From the NCBI GenBank assembly GCA_963675525.2, contig CAXXSL010000013.1, positions 544,001 through 608,000 of the forward strand: a DNA stretch of 64,000 nt, given 5' to 3'. The notes below the pieces were generated by a model, which did no database searches, had not been told where the DNA came from, and worked only from the letters and a program-made list of their open reading frames with translations. The translations under genes and the position numbers were made by a program. This stretch comes from Anaerohalosphaeraceae bacterium. GTDB lineage: Bacteria; Planctomycetota; Phycisphaerae; Sedimentisphaerales; Anaerohalosphaeraceae. This document shows, one piece after another, positions 22,594 to 32,815 of this stretch (positions are counted from its first letter, which is position 1; each line of letters opens with the position of its first letter).

Positions 22594-23538
22594 TTAATCA
22601 CAAACCACTTGAATGTCTCGCTGCAGCCGTATTGTCTTATCCAGCGACGCTGCCAGCCAGTGTTTCACATCGGTCCTGTCGCCAAGCAGGTTCAGCATCG
22701 TATCATCAATATCATCCTGCTGCGGGCCGTCCTGGCAAAAAGCCTTCAGCGTGTTCGACAGAATGTTTAGTTGTCCCAGCAACGGCGTTAGTTCTTTATT
22801 AAAACAGCACGGGGCAAACACCCTGTCCGCTTTTAATTCACCGTTCATCGCCTTAAGCATCACAACCAGGTTATCGGCATAGTTCCAGTTGCATGGAAAA
22901 CACAAATCGATCGCCAGCCCAATTGACATCTGGTCCGGCTTGCCGTTAAAGTCATAATCAATCATCGTCGCATTGGTCTGCTCTAAAAAGTCAACGTGGT
23001 CTTTATAATGCTCCTCCGGATGATGATCGATCGGGTTTCCATATCCATCAATATTCAAAACCAAATTATAGTAAGACTCTTGTCCCGTCAGAAAAACCTG
23101 CAGTTTATCGATCAGCCGCTGGACCTGCCACACCTTCACCGGGCTCGTATCCCCCAGGAAGCCAAGCAATTCATCCGCTGATATACCGTCTACCTCCAGT
23201 CCGGTACACTTCGACACATTCCCCTGGCACCACGCCGAAAGAATTGCCACGGTATTCTCTAAATCACGTTGCCGCCGGGGCGGACGCCGGCCGGATTCAA
23301 CCGGCGGTTTTCCCGCCGCAATCGCACCAATAATCATCCGGGCTTCCTTGTCCGCTTCATGATAACACAACTCAAACCGCGTAATCAGCGCCCGTATGCC
23401 CGTGCTATCATCATCCAACGGCGCCAGTGAGTCTTCTAACGCATCGATCGCCGAAATCTCGTCGTCCTTGAGCAGTCTCTCATCATCCAATGCCCCGCAA
23501 TTTCCCCAACAGGCTCTTAATTGATTCTTCATCGTCAA
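22594..23538 (-). CDS. Hypothetical protein
   Basis: 314-aa ORF in a co-oriented run; no family recognised. Confidence 0.65.
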   Translation of the reverse strand: MTMKNQLRACWGNCGALDDERLLKDDEISAIDALEDSLAPLDDDSTGIRALITRFELCYHEADKEARMIIGAIAAGKPPVESGRRPPRRQRDLENTVAILSAWCQGNVSKCTGLEVDGISADELLGFLGDTSPVKVWQVQRLIDKLQVFLTGQESYYNLVLNIDGYGNPIDHHPEEHYKDHVDFLEQTNATMIDYDFNGKPDQMSIGLAIDLCFPCNWNYADNLVVMLKAMNGELKADRVFAPCCFNKELTPLLGQLNILSNTLKAFCQDGPQQDDIDDTMLNLLGDRTDVKHWLAASLDKTIRLQRDIQVVCD

Positions 23539-23555
23539 GCCCTTTCAATTGTGAG

Positions 23556-23717
23556 TTATTCTTTTTTCGGACCGCCTTGGGGGTAGGTCGGCAGGCTTGT
23601 GTCGATGGTGGCCCGCTTGCAGTCGTCACAGTGACAATAGCTCGATGGACCAATCTCGCCGTCATATTCATACCGCACCGCCCCGCACATACATCCACCA
23701 GTTAATAATGTACTCAT
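23556..23717 (-). pseudogene. Internally deleted GFA/CENP-V family gene
   Basis: MSTLLTGGCMCGAVRYEYDGEIGPSSYCHCDDCKRAT jumps directly to a C-terminal-like IDTSLPTYPQG; only 53 aa. Confidence 0.7.
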
Positions 23718-23718
23718 A

Positions 23719-25539
23719 TTATTGTCTCCTTAATAAAACGACCCAGTCTTTTTCAGGATCGGCCGGCGGGGTGCCCAGGGCACCGAGGGGCATGGTAATA
23801 CCGCTGGTCACAATAACACCGCCGCTTTTCAGATCGCCGCCGGTACGGGGGTTGTGCCAGTGGAGACTGTAACTGCCTTGCGGTAGTTTGAGTTTGCCGC
23901 CGGTTGTGGATTTGAGGTAGACGACGTAAAGCTCGTTGGGTTTGCAGAAGCAATAGCCGTCAGCACCGGTCAGCAGTGCATCGTTGTTTGTCATTTCCCA
24001 GAAGGGGATCTTGTTGTTTTTGAAGAAATCCAGCATAACGCGGCACTGGTCCCAGAAGGCGTCGCGGCTGCGGAAGTCCTGGCATGTCAGGTCGGAGTGG
24101 TCGTGGCCGTAGCCGAAGTACCACTCCAGGCCTGCCCCGCCGGCCATGACGGCTCCCCAGAGCGCATTCTTGCGCGCATTGTCGTGCGTTGGGTCATCTT
24201 TATCCGGCACGAGGGCGTGTTCGGGATCGCCCGGTTCGTCACACGAGACCACCCATGGTACACCCGCCTGTTCTGAGCGTTGTACCCATTCGAGTACGTC
24301 GCCGTGCACGGCGCGGAAGTCGGCAAAGTTGGTCTGCAGTGATACGCCGCGCAGAGCTTCCTGATCTCCCAGCAGCGGTGCATAGACTTTTTCCTTCTGG
24401 TCCGGATAGGTATGCACAACAACCGGATGGCGGTAAGGATCGTGCCTGTAAAAGAACGCACAGAATTCTTTAAGCTGTTCAGTCGTGTTGGTATTTTCCT
24501 CGCCGAGGTTCCAGTTCAGGGCCAGGTGATGTCCGAAGCGGGCGATCAATTCGCGATAGTACAGTCGACGCTCGGGGCCGAGTGCCCCGCCGTCGAGCAG
24601 TTGGTCGTTTTCGGTTTCCTGCGTTTTGAAATGCAGAAACAGGCCAAGCTTGTCGGCATGTTCAAAAACAATTTCCCACTGCGCCAACCGGGAGACATCC
24701 AGCCGGAATCGTTCGTTGTAATCCGTATAGGGAAAGACGTTTCGGTCGTCGCCTTCGATATTCATCGGCAAGAATGAAACGGCGTTCAGCCCTTTTGACG
24801 AAAGATAATTCAAGGCGCCGATGAGGCCCTTGCCCTTGCCGCCCTGCCATGTTGGATCGCCGGATTTCCAGTCCTTGACGTGCGGCGCCCAGGTCTTGAT
24901 CAGTTCGTCGCTGATACCGTCGGATTTGAAATCACCGTCGAAATCGGCATAGGCTAAGAGGTTCTCCGGCGCATCGACGCCGCATTTGAGGAAATAATCA
25001 TTATTCCCAAAAGGTTTATCTGCATCCGTCCCGGCAAACTGCAGGTAATGTTTGCCCCGATAGCACAGCAGCCCCTTGCCGCGGAAATCCCGCCCGGTTT
25101 TATCCGTCGGTTCAACCACAAAAAAACCTTTCAGTCCGTCAATATGCGTTACCGGATTGCCTGCGCCCGCATCATCTGAGACTGCGATATTCTCTCCAGT
25201 GCGAAACGATACTGAGTATGTCCACTGACCCGCCTGGTCCGGGACAAAATGCACTCGCCATTGATTGCCCGCATCGGCACCGGTATTGGCCGCATCTCCG
25301 TCCGCCGCATAATAGCCCGGCACGCTGTAGTAATGCTGTCCCGATGGTCCGAAAAACGCCACATCCAGCCGATAGTCCATAAACGGATTCACATCCGCCG
25401 TCTCACTGGTCTGCGGCCCAGGAACGTCCACCGTAAACTTATGCCAGACCTTCAACTCCTGTTCACAAACTTCAGCCGAAACGACCGCCGACAAAACCAG
25501 GAACAGACACAGCCGCCACGTTAAGAATTTACTTCTCAT
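23719..25539 (-). CDS. Secreted DUF5060-domain putative glycoside hydrolase
   Basis: NPF.DYRLDV.F...GYYAADG...WRVHF.PD; WNLGEEN; DEPG; C-terminal W.NPRTGG...DWVVLL. Confidence 0.78.
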   Translation of the reverse strand: MRSKFLTWRLCLFLVLSAVVSAEVCEQELKVWHKFTVDVPGPQTSETADVNPFMDYRLDVAFFGPSGQHYYSVPGYYAADGDAANTGADAGNQWRVHFVPDQAGQWTYSVSFRTGENIAVSDDAGAGNPVTHIDGLKGFFVVEPTDKTGRDFRGKGLLCYRGKHYLQFAGTDADKPFGNNDYFLKCGVDAPENLLAYADFDGDFKSDGISDELIKTWAPHVKDWKSGDPTWQGGKGKGLIGALNYLSSKGLNAVSFLPMNIEGDDRNVFPYTDYNERFRLDVSRLAQWEIVFEHADKLGLFLHFKTQETENDQLLDGGALGPERRLYYRELIARFGHHLALNWNLGEENTNTTEQLKEFCAFFYRHDPYRHPVVVHTYPDQKEKVYAPLLGDQEALRGVSLQTNFADFRAVHGDVLEWVQRSEQAGVPWVVSCDEPGDPEHALVPDKDDPTHDNARKNALWGAVMAGGAGLEWYFGYGHDHSDLTCQDFRSRDAFWDQCRVMLDFFKNNKIPFWEMTNNDALLTGADGYCFCKPNELYVVYLKSTTGGKLKLPQGSYSLHWHNPRTGGDLKSGGVIVTSGITMPLGALGTPPADPEKDWVVLLRRQ

Positions 25540-25580
25540 TCTTAGCCCCTTTCAAACATTTGGCTGTCAATCGTTAATCT

Positions 25581-25826
25581 TCAATTGGCCACAATGCACA
25601 CGGCGATGTAGGGGATGATGCAGAAGAAATAAATAAACAGTTTGTAGATGCCGACAAATGAGTAAACGATGGCGTTGAACTGGGACTCCGTAATCGGAAA
25701 GAATTTGCTGTGCGTTTTGTACACCCAGCTTCGCCCCAGCCACAAAAGCAGAAACATAACAATCATCAGCCCCACATTGATCACCGAACACCACATCAAA
25801 AAATCACGAATCTGAAAAATCGTCAT
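25581..25826 (-). CDS. Small membrane protein (DUF6868-like)
   Basis: FLMWCSVINVG...H.K.F......FNAI.Y...GIYK....F...PYIA. Confidence 0.7.
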   Translation of the reverse strand: MTIFQIRDFLMWCSVINVGLMIVMFLLLWLGRSWVYKTHSKFFPITESQFNAIVYSFVGIYKLFIYFFCIIPYIAVCIVAN

Positions 25827-25972
25827 AACTCGTCTCCCTTTTTTTAGATGATCCATCCAATTTTGTTTTACCGTTACACCCTTATTATAAATCCAATCAC
25901 GTCCAAAAGCAAACCTCCAACGGGTGCCGGACCACAGGAAAAACAGCCCTTAGCCTGCAAAAAAGAAGGTAT

Positions 25973-26001
25973 TTGACATAACGAGATTAATTTTGTATAA
26001 T
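25973..26001 (+). promoter_or_regulatory. Consensus sigma70 promoter
   Basis: TTGACA-N17-TATAAT upstream of 26095. Confidence 0.7.
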
Positions 26002-26094
26002 AATTAACCGTTGACATATAAAGGTAACAGAGGTTGGCAAAACCTTTCCATACGGCTTCCTGGTGTCAACTTCCGGAATTGAGGAGGATTATTT

Positions 26095-27399
26095 ATGAAA
26101 TTTTATGCTTACACATGCGCATGGGTTCTGGCTTTCGCTTGTTTCACAGATCACGCCCGCGCAGTTCTTCCCGGCGGCGGAACAGAAACCAACCCCTGGC
26201 GAATTCGATCACTGACAGATTTCAATGAATTCGCAGGTGACGACAGCTACTGGGATGACTACACCCGCCTCGAAACCAATCTGTCATTAAGCGGAACCTA
26301 TGACACCGCTGTGATCGCCCCGGATACAAACCACACCACCAGCGGATTTCAGGGAACCCCTTTTACCGGTGTTTTTGACGGTAACGACCTTTGCATTGAA
26401 TATCTTGAAATTGATACGTTAGGGCTGGAGCGAGATTATCTGGGCTTTTTCGGTAAAGTCGGTTCCTCCGGCGTCATCAAAAACTTTGCCGTCGGAGATA
26501 TCCCCTCATACCCCCCATACATTCATGCTATAATATTCTGCGAAGATTCAGAGTACGTGGGCGGATTGGCCGGAGAGAACAACGGCCTCATTGAGAACTG
26601 CTACGCCATCGTCTATATCGGACGATTCGGATCAGATGGCGGTCAGAATTTATACCGCGCCGGTGGCCTGGTCGGGTATAACAGCACTGGCGAAATACGC
26701 AACTCGTTTAGTATGGGCAACATTTCTACCGATTCCGGGTGTACCTATATCGGCGGTCTTGTCGGACACAATAACTCCTCTCCGCTCAGCCGCTGTTTCT
26801 CAGAAGTGAAGATCAATATCTATGGCGGCAGCACGCAATACGTTGGCGGACTGGCCGGCGCGAACCAGTGGAGCATCATCACCCAATGCTATGCGCTCGG
26901 GAATGTCACTGGCAGTGCCGGCAGTTACCCCGACTATGCAGGCGGATTGGTCGGCTGGAACGCCCTCAGCAGCAATATCAATAACTGTTATGCAGTGGGC
27001 GATGTAACCGGCAGGAACTTTATTGGCGGATTGGTCGGCGACCATACCAGCAGCGGCATTAATAAATGCTATTCGATCGGCGCCGTCAGCGGCAGCAGTT
27101 CTGTGGGCGGACTTGTCGGCGACTCCGATGACGGCGACCCGGATGTGTACGACAGCTACTGGGATGTAACGACGTCCGGAACAATGACCAGCGACGGCGG
27201 AACATGGGAAAATACGATGATGTTGAAACGTCAAAGCAGGTTCACCAATTGGGATTTTGCCGATTACTGGCAGATCAATGACCATCAGACATACCCCCTG
27301 CTGCGATTTTATAACCGCGCCGACCTGAACAAAGACCACATTGTCAATCTCCTGGATTTTGCTGCCGTGGCCGACAACTGGCTGCAGGAATCCAATTAG
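26095..27399 (+). CDS. Secreted GLUG-motif protein with dockerin-like C-terminus
   Basis: G.GTETNPW.I, F.GVFDGN, repeated VGGLAG.N...I..CYA.G.V; ADLNKDHIVNLLDFAAVADNWL. Confidence 0.85.
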   Translation: MKFYAYTCAWVLAFACFTDHARAVLPGGGTETNPWRIRSLTDFNEFAGDDSYWDDYTRLETNLSLSGTYDTAVIAPDTNHTTSGFQGTPFTGVFDGNDLCIEYLEIDTLGLERDYLGFFGKVGSSGVIKNFAVGDIPSYPPYIHAIIFCEDSEYVGGLAGENNGLIENCYAIVYIGRFGSDGGQNLYRAGGLVGYNSTGEIRNSFSMGNISTDSGCTYIGGLVGHNNSSPLSRCFSEVKINIYGGSTQYVGGLAGANQWSIITQCYALGNVTGSAGSYPDYAGGLVGWNALSSNINNCYAVGDVTGRNFIGGLVGDHTSSGINKCYSIGAVSGSSSVGGLVGDSDDGDPDVYDSYWDVTTSGTMTSDGGTWENTMMLKRQSRFTNWDFADYWQINDHQTYPLLRFYNRADLNKDHIVNLLDFAAVADNWLQESN

Positions 27400-27605
27400 C
27401 GTCGCGCGTGCGACTTGTTAACCTGCCGCCAATCCGGACTCAGTATTAGGAATGAAATGATCATCAGGCCCACATTAATGATCGAACACCGTATCAGCAC
27501 ATCACGAAGCATTTCCATTTCCATATGTCACCTTGCCTTTCTCAAAAGTGTCCAATGAATTCAATTCTTTACGATGCCGTCGGCATGGCGATAAACCGTC
27601 CCGCG

Positions 27606-28559
27606 CTACTCCTGCAGCTTATCGAGAATGGTTTGGGGAACGCGGAAAGCCGTTCCGTGACGCGTTCCCTTTGGAAACTGAATTTGATCGGAGATGTCCT
27701 GCCATGTTTTCAGGTCGCCGGACTTCACCGCTCCATACTTGTGTTCGGTATACTTATCAAAATAAACAACCCACTCATCGCCGACTTTCAATGCCGTCGG
27801 CCCTTCGGCCCAGTACTTTCCGGTGATCGACTCCGACACATCGCCGTAAGGTCCGGTTGCCGCTTCCGCAAAGGCAACGTGAATGTTCTTTTGGGCAACG
27901 GGTTTGACCCGCTCGTCTTTTAAAAACATGACATACCGGTTGCCGTCTTTGACAATGAACGAATCGATCACATTAAATCCCGGCTCAAGAAGAAGTTTGG
28001 TTTTACTGAAGGTCTTAAAATCTTTCGTCGTCACATAATAAATACGATGATTGTTGTCGCCCAGATCATCGGTCTCCGGGAACCGGCCGGGAATCGTTGT
28101 CGCCCAGAAAATCAGGAATTGCTTTTGCTGCTCGTCATAAAACAATTCCGGCGCCCACGTATTTTTGGCTTGCGGCTCGTGTTCCATCACCGGCAGATAC
28201 GCCTGCTCGCTCCAATGAATCAAATCCCTGGAATTGGCATAACCGATGCCCTTCTCCCACCAGCCCGCGGTCCAGACCATGTGAAACACCCCGTCCGGAG
28301 CCCGGACAATCGAGGGATCGCGCATCAGTTTGCCGCCGACGCGGGGTTCCAGAAAGGACCGTCCTTCATGAAGCGGTTTCCACGTCAGGCCGTCCTCGCT
28401 GCAGGCCAGGTGCAAACCATCCTGTCCATTGTCCATAAAGTAACTAAAGAGGTAAACCGATTGGTTTTGTTTTTGTTGTTGAGCGCCAGGGCCCGCACAG
28501 GAAACGATGGCGCTGCTCATGATCAGTATTATGACAGTTAGACAATGAAACGTTTTCAT
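27606..28559 (-). CDS. Glycoside hydrolase family 43-like lipoprotein
   Basis: GLHLA.S.DG..W, MRDPSI, WAPE, VIDS, AEGPT, RHGT beta-propeller motifs. Confidence 0.85.
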   Translation of the reverse strand: MKTFHCLTVIILIMSSAIVSCAGPGAQQQKQNQSVYLFSYFMDNGQDGLHLACSEDGLTWKPLHEGRSFLEPRVGGKLMRDPSIVRAPDGVFHMVWTAGWWEKGIGYANSRDLIHWSEQAYLPVMEHEPQAKNTWAPELFYDEQQKQFLIFWATTIPGRFPETDDLGDNNHRIYYVTTKDFKTFSKTKLLLEPGFNVIDSFIVKDGNRYVMFLKDERVKPVAQKNIHVAFAEAATGPYGDVSESITGKYWAEGPTALKVGDEWVVYFDKYTEHKYGAVKSGDLKTWQDISDQIQFPKGTRHGTAFRVPQTILDKLQE

Positions 28560-28724
28560 ATTACCCTTTCGTCGTGTAAAACCATTGAATTTTTGTCCTA
28601 ATTGGATTCAATCTTAAATCCGCCCCCCACCTGTCAGCTCCGTTTGAAGGTAAAACAACAGCAGGCTGCCCCCTTCGCTGCAGCCTGCCGTAATATATGC
28701 ATGTACCTCAAAAGACCGGATCGG

Positions 28725-28940
28725 TTACATTTCCGCGTCTTCCGCGTCAATCTCAGCCTCCATCGCGTCCAGTTCGGCTTCGACATCAACATCTTCTGCA
28801 ACTTCTTTGGCATCGTCAGCAGTTTCTTCGGCCTGTTTCATAAGGCCTCCTACGGGACTTTCCGGCTCATCTTTTTTGCAGCCGCTTACTGACGTCACCG
28901 CAACCACCATGATCAATACCAGCAAGATTCTCCATACCAT
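28725..28940 (-). CDS. Small acidic lipoprotein
   Basis: Lipobox VSGC followed by KKDE. Confidence 0.65.
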   Translation of the reverse strand: MVWRILLVLIMVVAVTSVSGCKKDEPESPVGGLMKQAEETADDAKEVAEDVDVEAELDAMEAEIDAEDAEM

Positions 28941-28981
28941 GATTCATCTCCTTAAACTAAAATTAACAAATCCGTCCGTAA

Positions 28982-29596
28982 TCACTCTTCGGGGTTCTCA
29001 CGGTCCTCATCGTTGCCTTTATCGGCTTTGTCGGCTTTGTCGGCTTTAGCCTTCTCAGGACGCTTCTTCATCTTTCCCAGCTTTCGCTCATAACGGTTCT
29101 GTTCTTTGGCCATCAGCTTTTCAATCCGCCCGGCCATTTTCTCGTCACCGTCAGCTTTGGCTTTTTCCAAAAGCTGTCCCAGGCGTTCGGCACGCTTGGC
29201 GTGCTTTTGTTCTTCATGCCGGATCTGCTCTTCCAGCGTTCCGCCCTTGGCGGCACCTTCGACTTGTTTACCGCTCTTCTCGATGTCACCCTTGGCGGCC
29301 TTTGTTTTTTCTTTCACCCGTTCCTGCTGCTGTCGGGCTTCTTTGGATTTCCTGTTGGCCTTTTCTTTCGCTTCTTCGGCGTCTTTGGCTTTTTCCTTGG
29401 CAGCCTTTTTTTGCTTTTGAGCCTCTACGGTCTCTTTAGCAGAGCCGGTCTCTCTTCGGGCTTTGCCTTTGGATTTTTCAAGTGTACCTGCGGCTTGATT
29501 GCCTTTGCCTTTATCTTTTCCTCCACCTTCTGCCAGCGCAGCAGAACCGCCCAATACAAAAATAAAAATCGCAAGAATTAGTGTGAGATGCTTCAT
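28982..29596 (-). CDS. Secreted Lys/Glu/Ala-rich coiled-coil protein
   Basis: Signal peptide, low-complexity charged body. Confidence 0.65.
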   Translation of the reverse strand: MKHLTLILAIFIFVLGGSAALAEGGGKDKGKGNQAAGTLEKSKGKARRETGSAKETVEAQKQKKAAKEKAKDAEEAKEKANRKSKEARQQQERVKEKTKAAKGDIEKSGKQVEGAAKGGTLEEQIRHEEQKHAKRAERLGQLLEKAKADGDEKMAGRIEKLMAKEQNRYERKLGKMKKRPEKAKADKADKADKGNDEDRENPEE

Positions 29597-29917
29597 GGCT
29601 CGTTCTCCCTTTGTCATGGTTCCTGTTCAACTCCATTTAGAATCAACCAATAATGACTTTCTTTGCTGTGGCTGAATATTGATTATAACGCCCGATAAAA
29701 TCAATTGGAAAGAAAAAAAATTTATTTTTTTTACCCCTCACCTGTTTCGCAACTGTCATCCCCCTAAACACTTACCGCAAAAAAACGCCGTCATTCGGTG
29801 CTCCTTCGATCAGGATTAAACGGTCCCAGCGGCTCACCATTAAGACGCCCTTCAGGAATACCGATAATCCTGCTAAGAGATGCTCAATTATGACATATTA
29901 TTCCCAGGAGTCGGAAT

Positions 29918-31216
29918 ATGGTTTTAGAAAAACAGAATCGCAAAGAGAAGCTATTGAAATTTTACGTTCTGGCCGCATTGATCTTCTGGACGCTGTTTGT
30001 TTCTACGGCGGCCTTCTGGATCAGCCGGCACCAACGATATCTCCCCTATGCAATTCTTTGGTCTTTTGGTTCAAGCTTGATCGGGCTTAGTTATCAGCAC
30101 ATCAAAAGCGTACTCCGGGAAAACGTCGAGATGCAGAAAAAGATCGCCGACCTGGCTCGCTTTCCGTCTGAGAATCCTAATCCGGTCCTGAAACTGTCCG
30201 CAGAAGGACGCGTCCTGTACAGCAACCCGGCCGGCGAAGGACTCCTGAAAGCATGGAAGTGTAAAGTGAATCAGTTTGTCCGACGCGAACAAATGGCGCT
30301 CGTACAGCAAGCCGTACAAATAAACAAGGCTGTTTATGTCGAACAGGCCCTTGATGATGATATTACCTATACCATTACATTCGCACCCATATTGGAAGGC
30401 GGCTATGTCAATGTTTATGGCGCCGATATTACCGAAAGAGTCAGCTATCAAAAAGAACTCAACGACGCCAAGATCAAGGCCGAGAACGCCAACTATATCA
30501 AGAATAACTTCCTGGCCAATATGAGCTATGAGATACGAACACCCATGAATACCATTGTCGGTTTCAGCAATCTGCTGGCCGATGAGGTGCTCTCCGAACA
30601 GCATGAGGATTATGTCAGAACGATTCAGGACTCCAGTCATTTACTGCTAAGCAACATCAATGACATCCTCGACATCTCGAATCTCGAAGCCGGAAAAATC
30701 ACCCTCGAGTCGGCCTGCTGCAATCTTCGCCATATCGTGGAAAAACTGTACAATATCTTTTATGACAAAGCCTGTGCTAAGGAACTGGAAATGAACCTGA
30801 TCCTGAGCCCTGAACTGCCTGAATCCATCATTACCGATCAGGCCCGACTGGCACAATGCCTGTCCAAACTACTGGACAACGCCGTCAAATTTACCCTGCA
30901 GGGACAGGTGGACCTGGTGGTTTCCGTCACGTATGACGGGAAGATCCGGTTCGACGTCAAAGATTCCGGCATCGGTATCCCCCGCCAGAATCAAGATGTG
31001 ATTTTCGAGGCATTCACGCAGATCGACGATGAAGATACACCGCAGCGGGTCGGTCGAACCGGTCTGGGATTGGCCATCGCTTCCCGGCTGGCACAACTGA
31101 TGGGCGGCCAGATCAGCCTGGAAAGCCATCGCGGATGCGGCAGCACTTTCAGCGTTATACTGCCGCTGCAGAAGTGCAGCAATCCGACGAATTCGCCCGC
31201 TGCACAAAACTGCTGA
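29918..31216 (+). CDS. PAS-domain sensor histidine kinase-like protein, H-box His replaced by Tyr
   Basis: FPSENPNPV PAS; FLANMSYEIRTP; NAVKFT, DSGIGI, TGLGL boxes. Confidence 0.85.
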   Translation: MVLEKQNRKEKLLKFYVLAALIFWTLFVSTAAFWISRHQRYLPYAILWSFGSSLIGLSYQHIKSVLRENVEMQKKIADLARFPSENPNPVLKLSAEGRVLYSNPAGEGLLKAWKCKVNQFVRREQMALVQQAVQINKAVYVEQALDDDITYTITFAPILEGGYVNVYGADITERVSYQKELNDAKIKAENANYIKNNFLANMSYEIRTPMNTIVGFSNLLADEVLSEQHEDYVRTIQDSSHLLLSNINDILDISNLEAGKITLESACCNLRHIVEKLYNIFYDKACAKELEMNLILSPELPESIITDQARLAQCLSKLLDNAVKFTLQGQVDLVVSVTYDGKIRFDVKDSGIGIPRQNQDVIFEAFTQIDDEDTPQRVGRTGLGLAIASRLAQLMGGQISLESHRGCGSTFSVILPLQKCSNPTNSPAAQNC

Positions 31217-31317
31217 ACTGCCCGGCATGTAAAGCTGATATTTGAGAAATAAAAAAATGAATAATTTGTAACTGAAAAAAAAAGAGCTTGACCTATTTTA
31301 ATTCTCAGGGCCACAAC

Positions 31318-32778
31318 ATGTTAAAAAACACCAATGAACGAATCAGAAGCCGTTTTGAACACAAACGGAGGAACTGGGTCATTGGATACACCATCGGGGT
31401 CCTGTGTCTGTGGAGTCTCCTTGTTGTGTTGGCAGGCCACTGGGAGGTTAAACAAAATCAAAATAGAACCATCAAATTCGCACATTACCAGGCACGGTCA
31501 ACGTTTCAGACAACGAGTCTTTATTGTCGTCAGTCCGAACAACAGGATCCCGTAACCGACGACAACAAAAGACCGGTCTATGACAAGCATGAAAAACATG
31601 GATACGGACAACTGGTCCATATCATCAGCCTTGATCCTGCCCACTCTATTAATATGCCCGACGAATGGGAGACACAGGCCCTTCGATCCCTCAAAAATTA
31701 TTTCGATGACGTGTCCTCGCTGGAAACAATCAACGGAAAAGCCTACCTGCGGTTCATTAAAGGCTACCCTTCAGAAATTGAATACCCGGAATACCGGACG
31801 ACTCATGGACACGCGCAGGAGTCTGTGACAACCGCCATCAGCATCGCCGTTCCCATGGAACCGTTATGGGCGATCAGCAACTTCGAAATCAATAATCTGA
31901 CGATGGGGTATACCACCGGCTGGTGTGTCGGTTCACTGGTGATCCTGATCGGGCATGTCTATCTCAGGCGGCATCGCAAAAAACATCTCCAATACGAAGA
32001 ACAGTTGGTCGAGAAAATTGAGCAGGCCGAATATAAAACGGCCCGGAAAAGTAAATTTCTGGCCAACATGAGCCATGAGATCCGAACACCCATGAACTCG
32101 ATCATCGGTTTTACCGAACTGCTTTTCAATGAAACGCTGTCGGACGAACAAAAAGAATACCTCCAAACGGTCCAAAACTCCGGCAAGGGGTTGCTGGAAC
32201 TGATCAACGATATCCTCGATCTCTCCAAGATCGAATCGGGCGAGCTGAAAATCATAAAAGCACAATGCCCCATTCAAACCATCATGAATGATGTCCGATC
32301 CATAATGGAACCCGGCATCGAGGCCAAAGAACTGACCTTTCAAGTGCAGAAAACAACGGGAACGCCCGACAACATCTACACGGATGCTCTTCGCTTGAAA
32401 CAATGCCTGATCAACCTGATCAGCAACGCGATGAAATTCACCGAAGCCGGCACTGTTACACTGCAAGTAGACACGTACTTTGAAAAGAAACAACAGTGGC
32501 TTCGCTTTGATGTCCAGGACACCGGCGTCGGCATCCCCACTGACAAACAGCAGGATATCTTTCGGGAATTCATTCAGGCCGAAGACAGCACTGCCCATAA
32601 ATACGGCGGCACCGGCCTGGGGTTGTGCATTACGCAGCAGTTGACGGAAATGATGGGCGGCAAGATCACCCTGCAAAGTCAGGTCGGTCAGGGCACAACG
32701 TTCTCGATCCATCTGCCCGTGGAAAAGCCCGCCATCGAACAAGATGTTCAGCCGCAGCAGTCCGGCACATCCGCATAG
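31318..32778 (+). CDS. Membrane sensor histidine kinase with DUF3365-like periplasmic domain
   Basis: Two TM segments; HIISL.P....N.PDEWE..AL; FLANMSHEIRTPMN; N, G1, F, G2 boxes. Confidence 0.88.
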   Translation: MLKNTNERIRSRFEHKRRNWVIGYTIGVLCLWSLLVVLAGHWEVKQNQNRTIKFAHYQARSTFQTTSLYCRQSEQQDPVTDDNKRPVYDKHEKHGYGQLVHIISLDPAHSINMPDEWETQALRSLKNYFDDVSSLETINGKAYLRFIKGYPSEIEYPEYRTTHGHAQESVTTAISIAVPMEPLWAISNFEINNLTMGYTTGWCVGSLVILIGHVYLRRHRKKHLQYEEQLVEKIEQAEYKTARKSKFLANMSHEIRTPMNSIIGFTELLFNETLSDEQKEYLQTVQNSGKGLLELINDILDLSKIESGELKIIKAQCPIQTIMNDVRSIMEPGIEAKELTFQVQKTTGTPDNIYTDALRLKQCLINLISNAMKFTEAGTVTLQVDTYFEKKQQWLRFDVQDTGVGIPTDKQQDIFREFIQAEDSTAHKYGGTGLGLCITQQLTEMMGGKITLQSQVGQGTTFSIHLPVEKPAIEQDVQPQQSGTSA

Positions 32779-32815
32779 CCGATACCGCCACATCGAACAT
32801 TCTACATTTGACATA

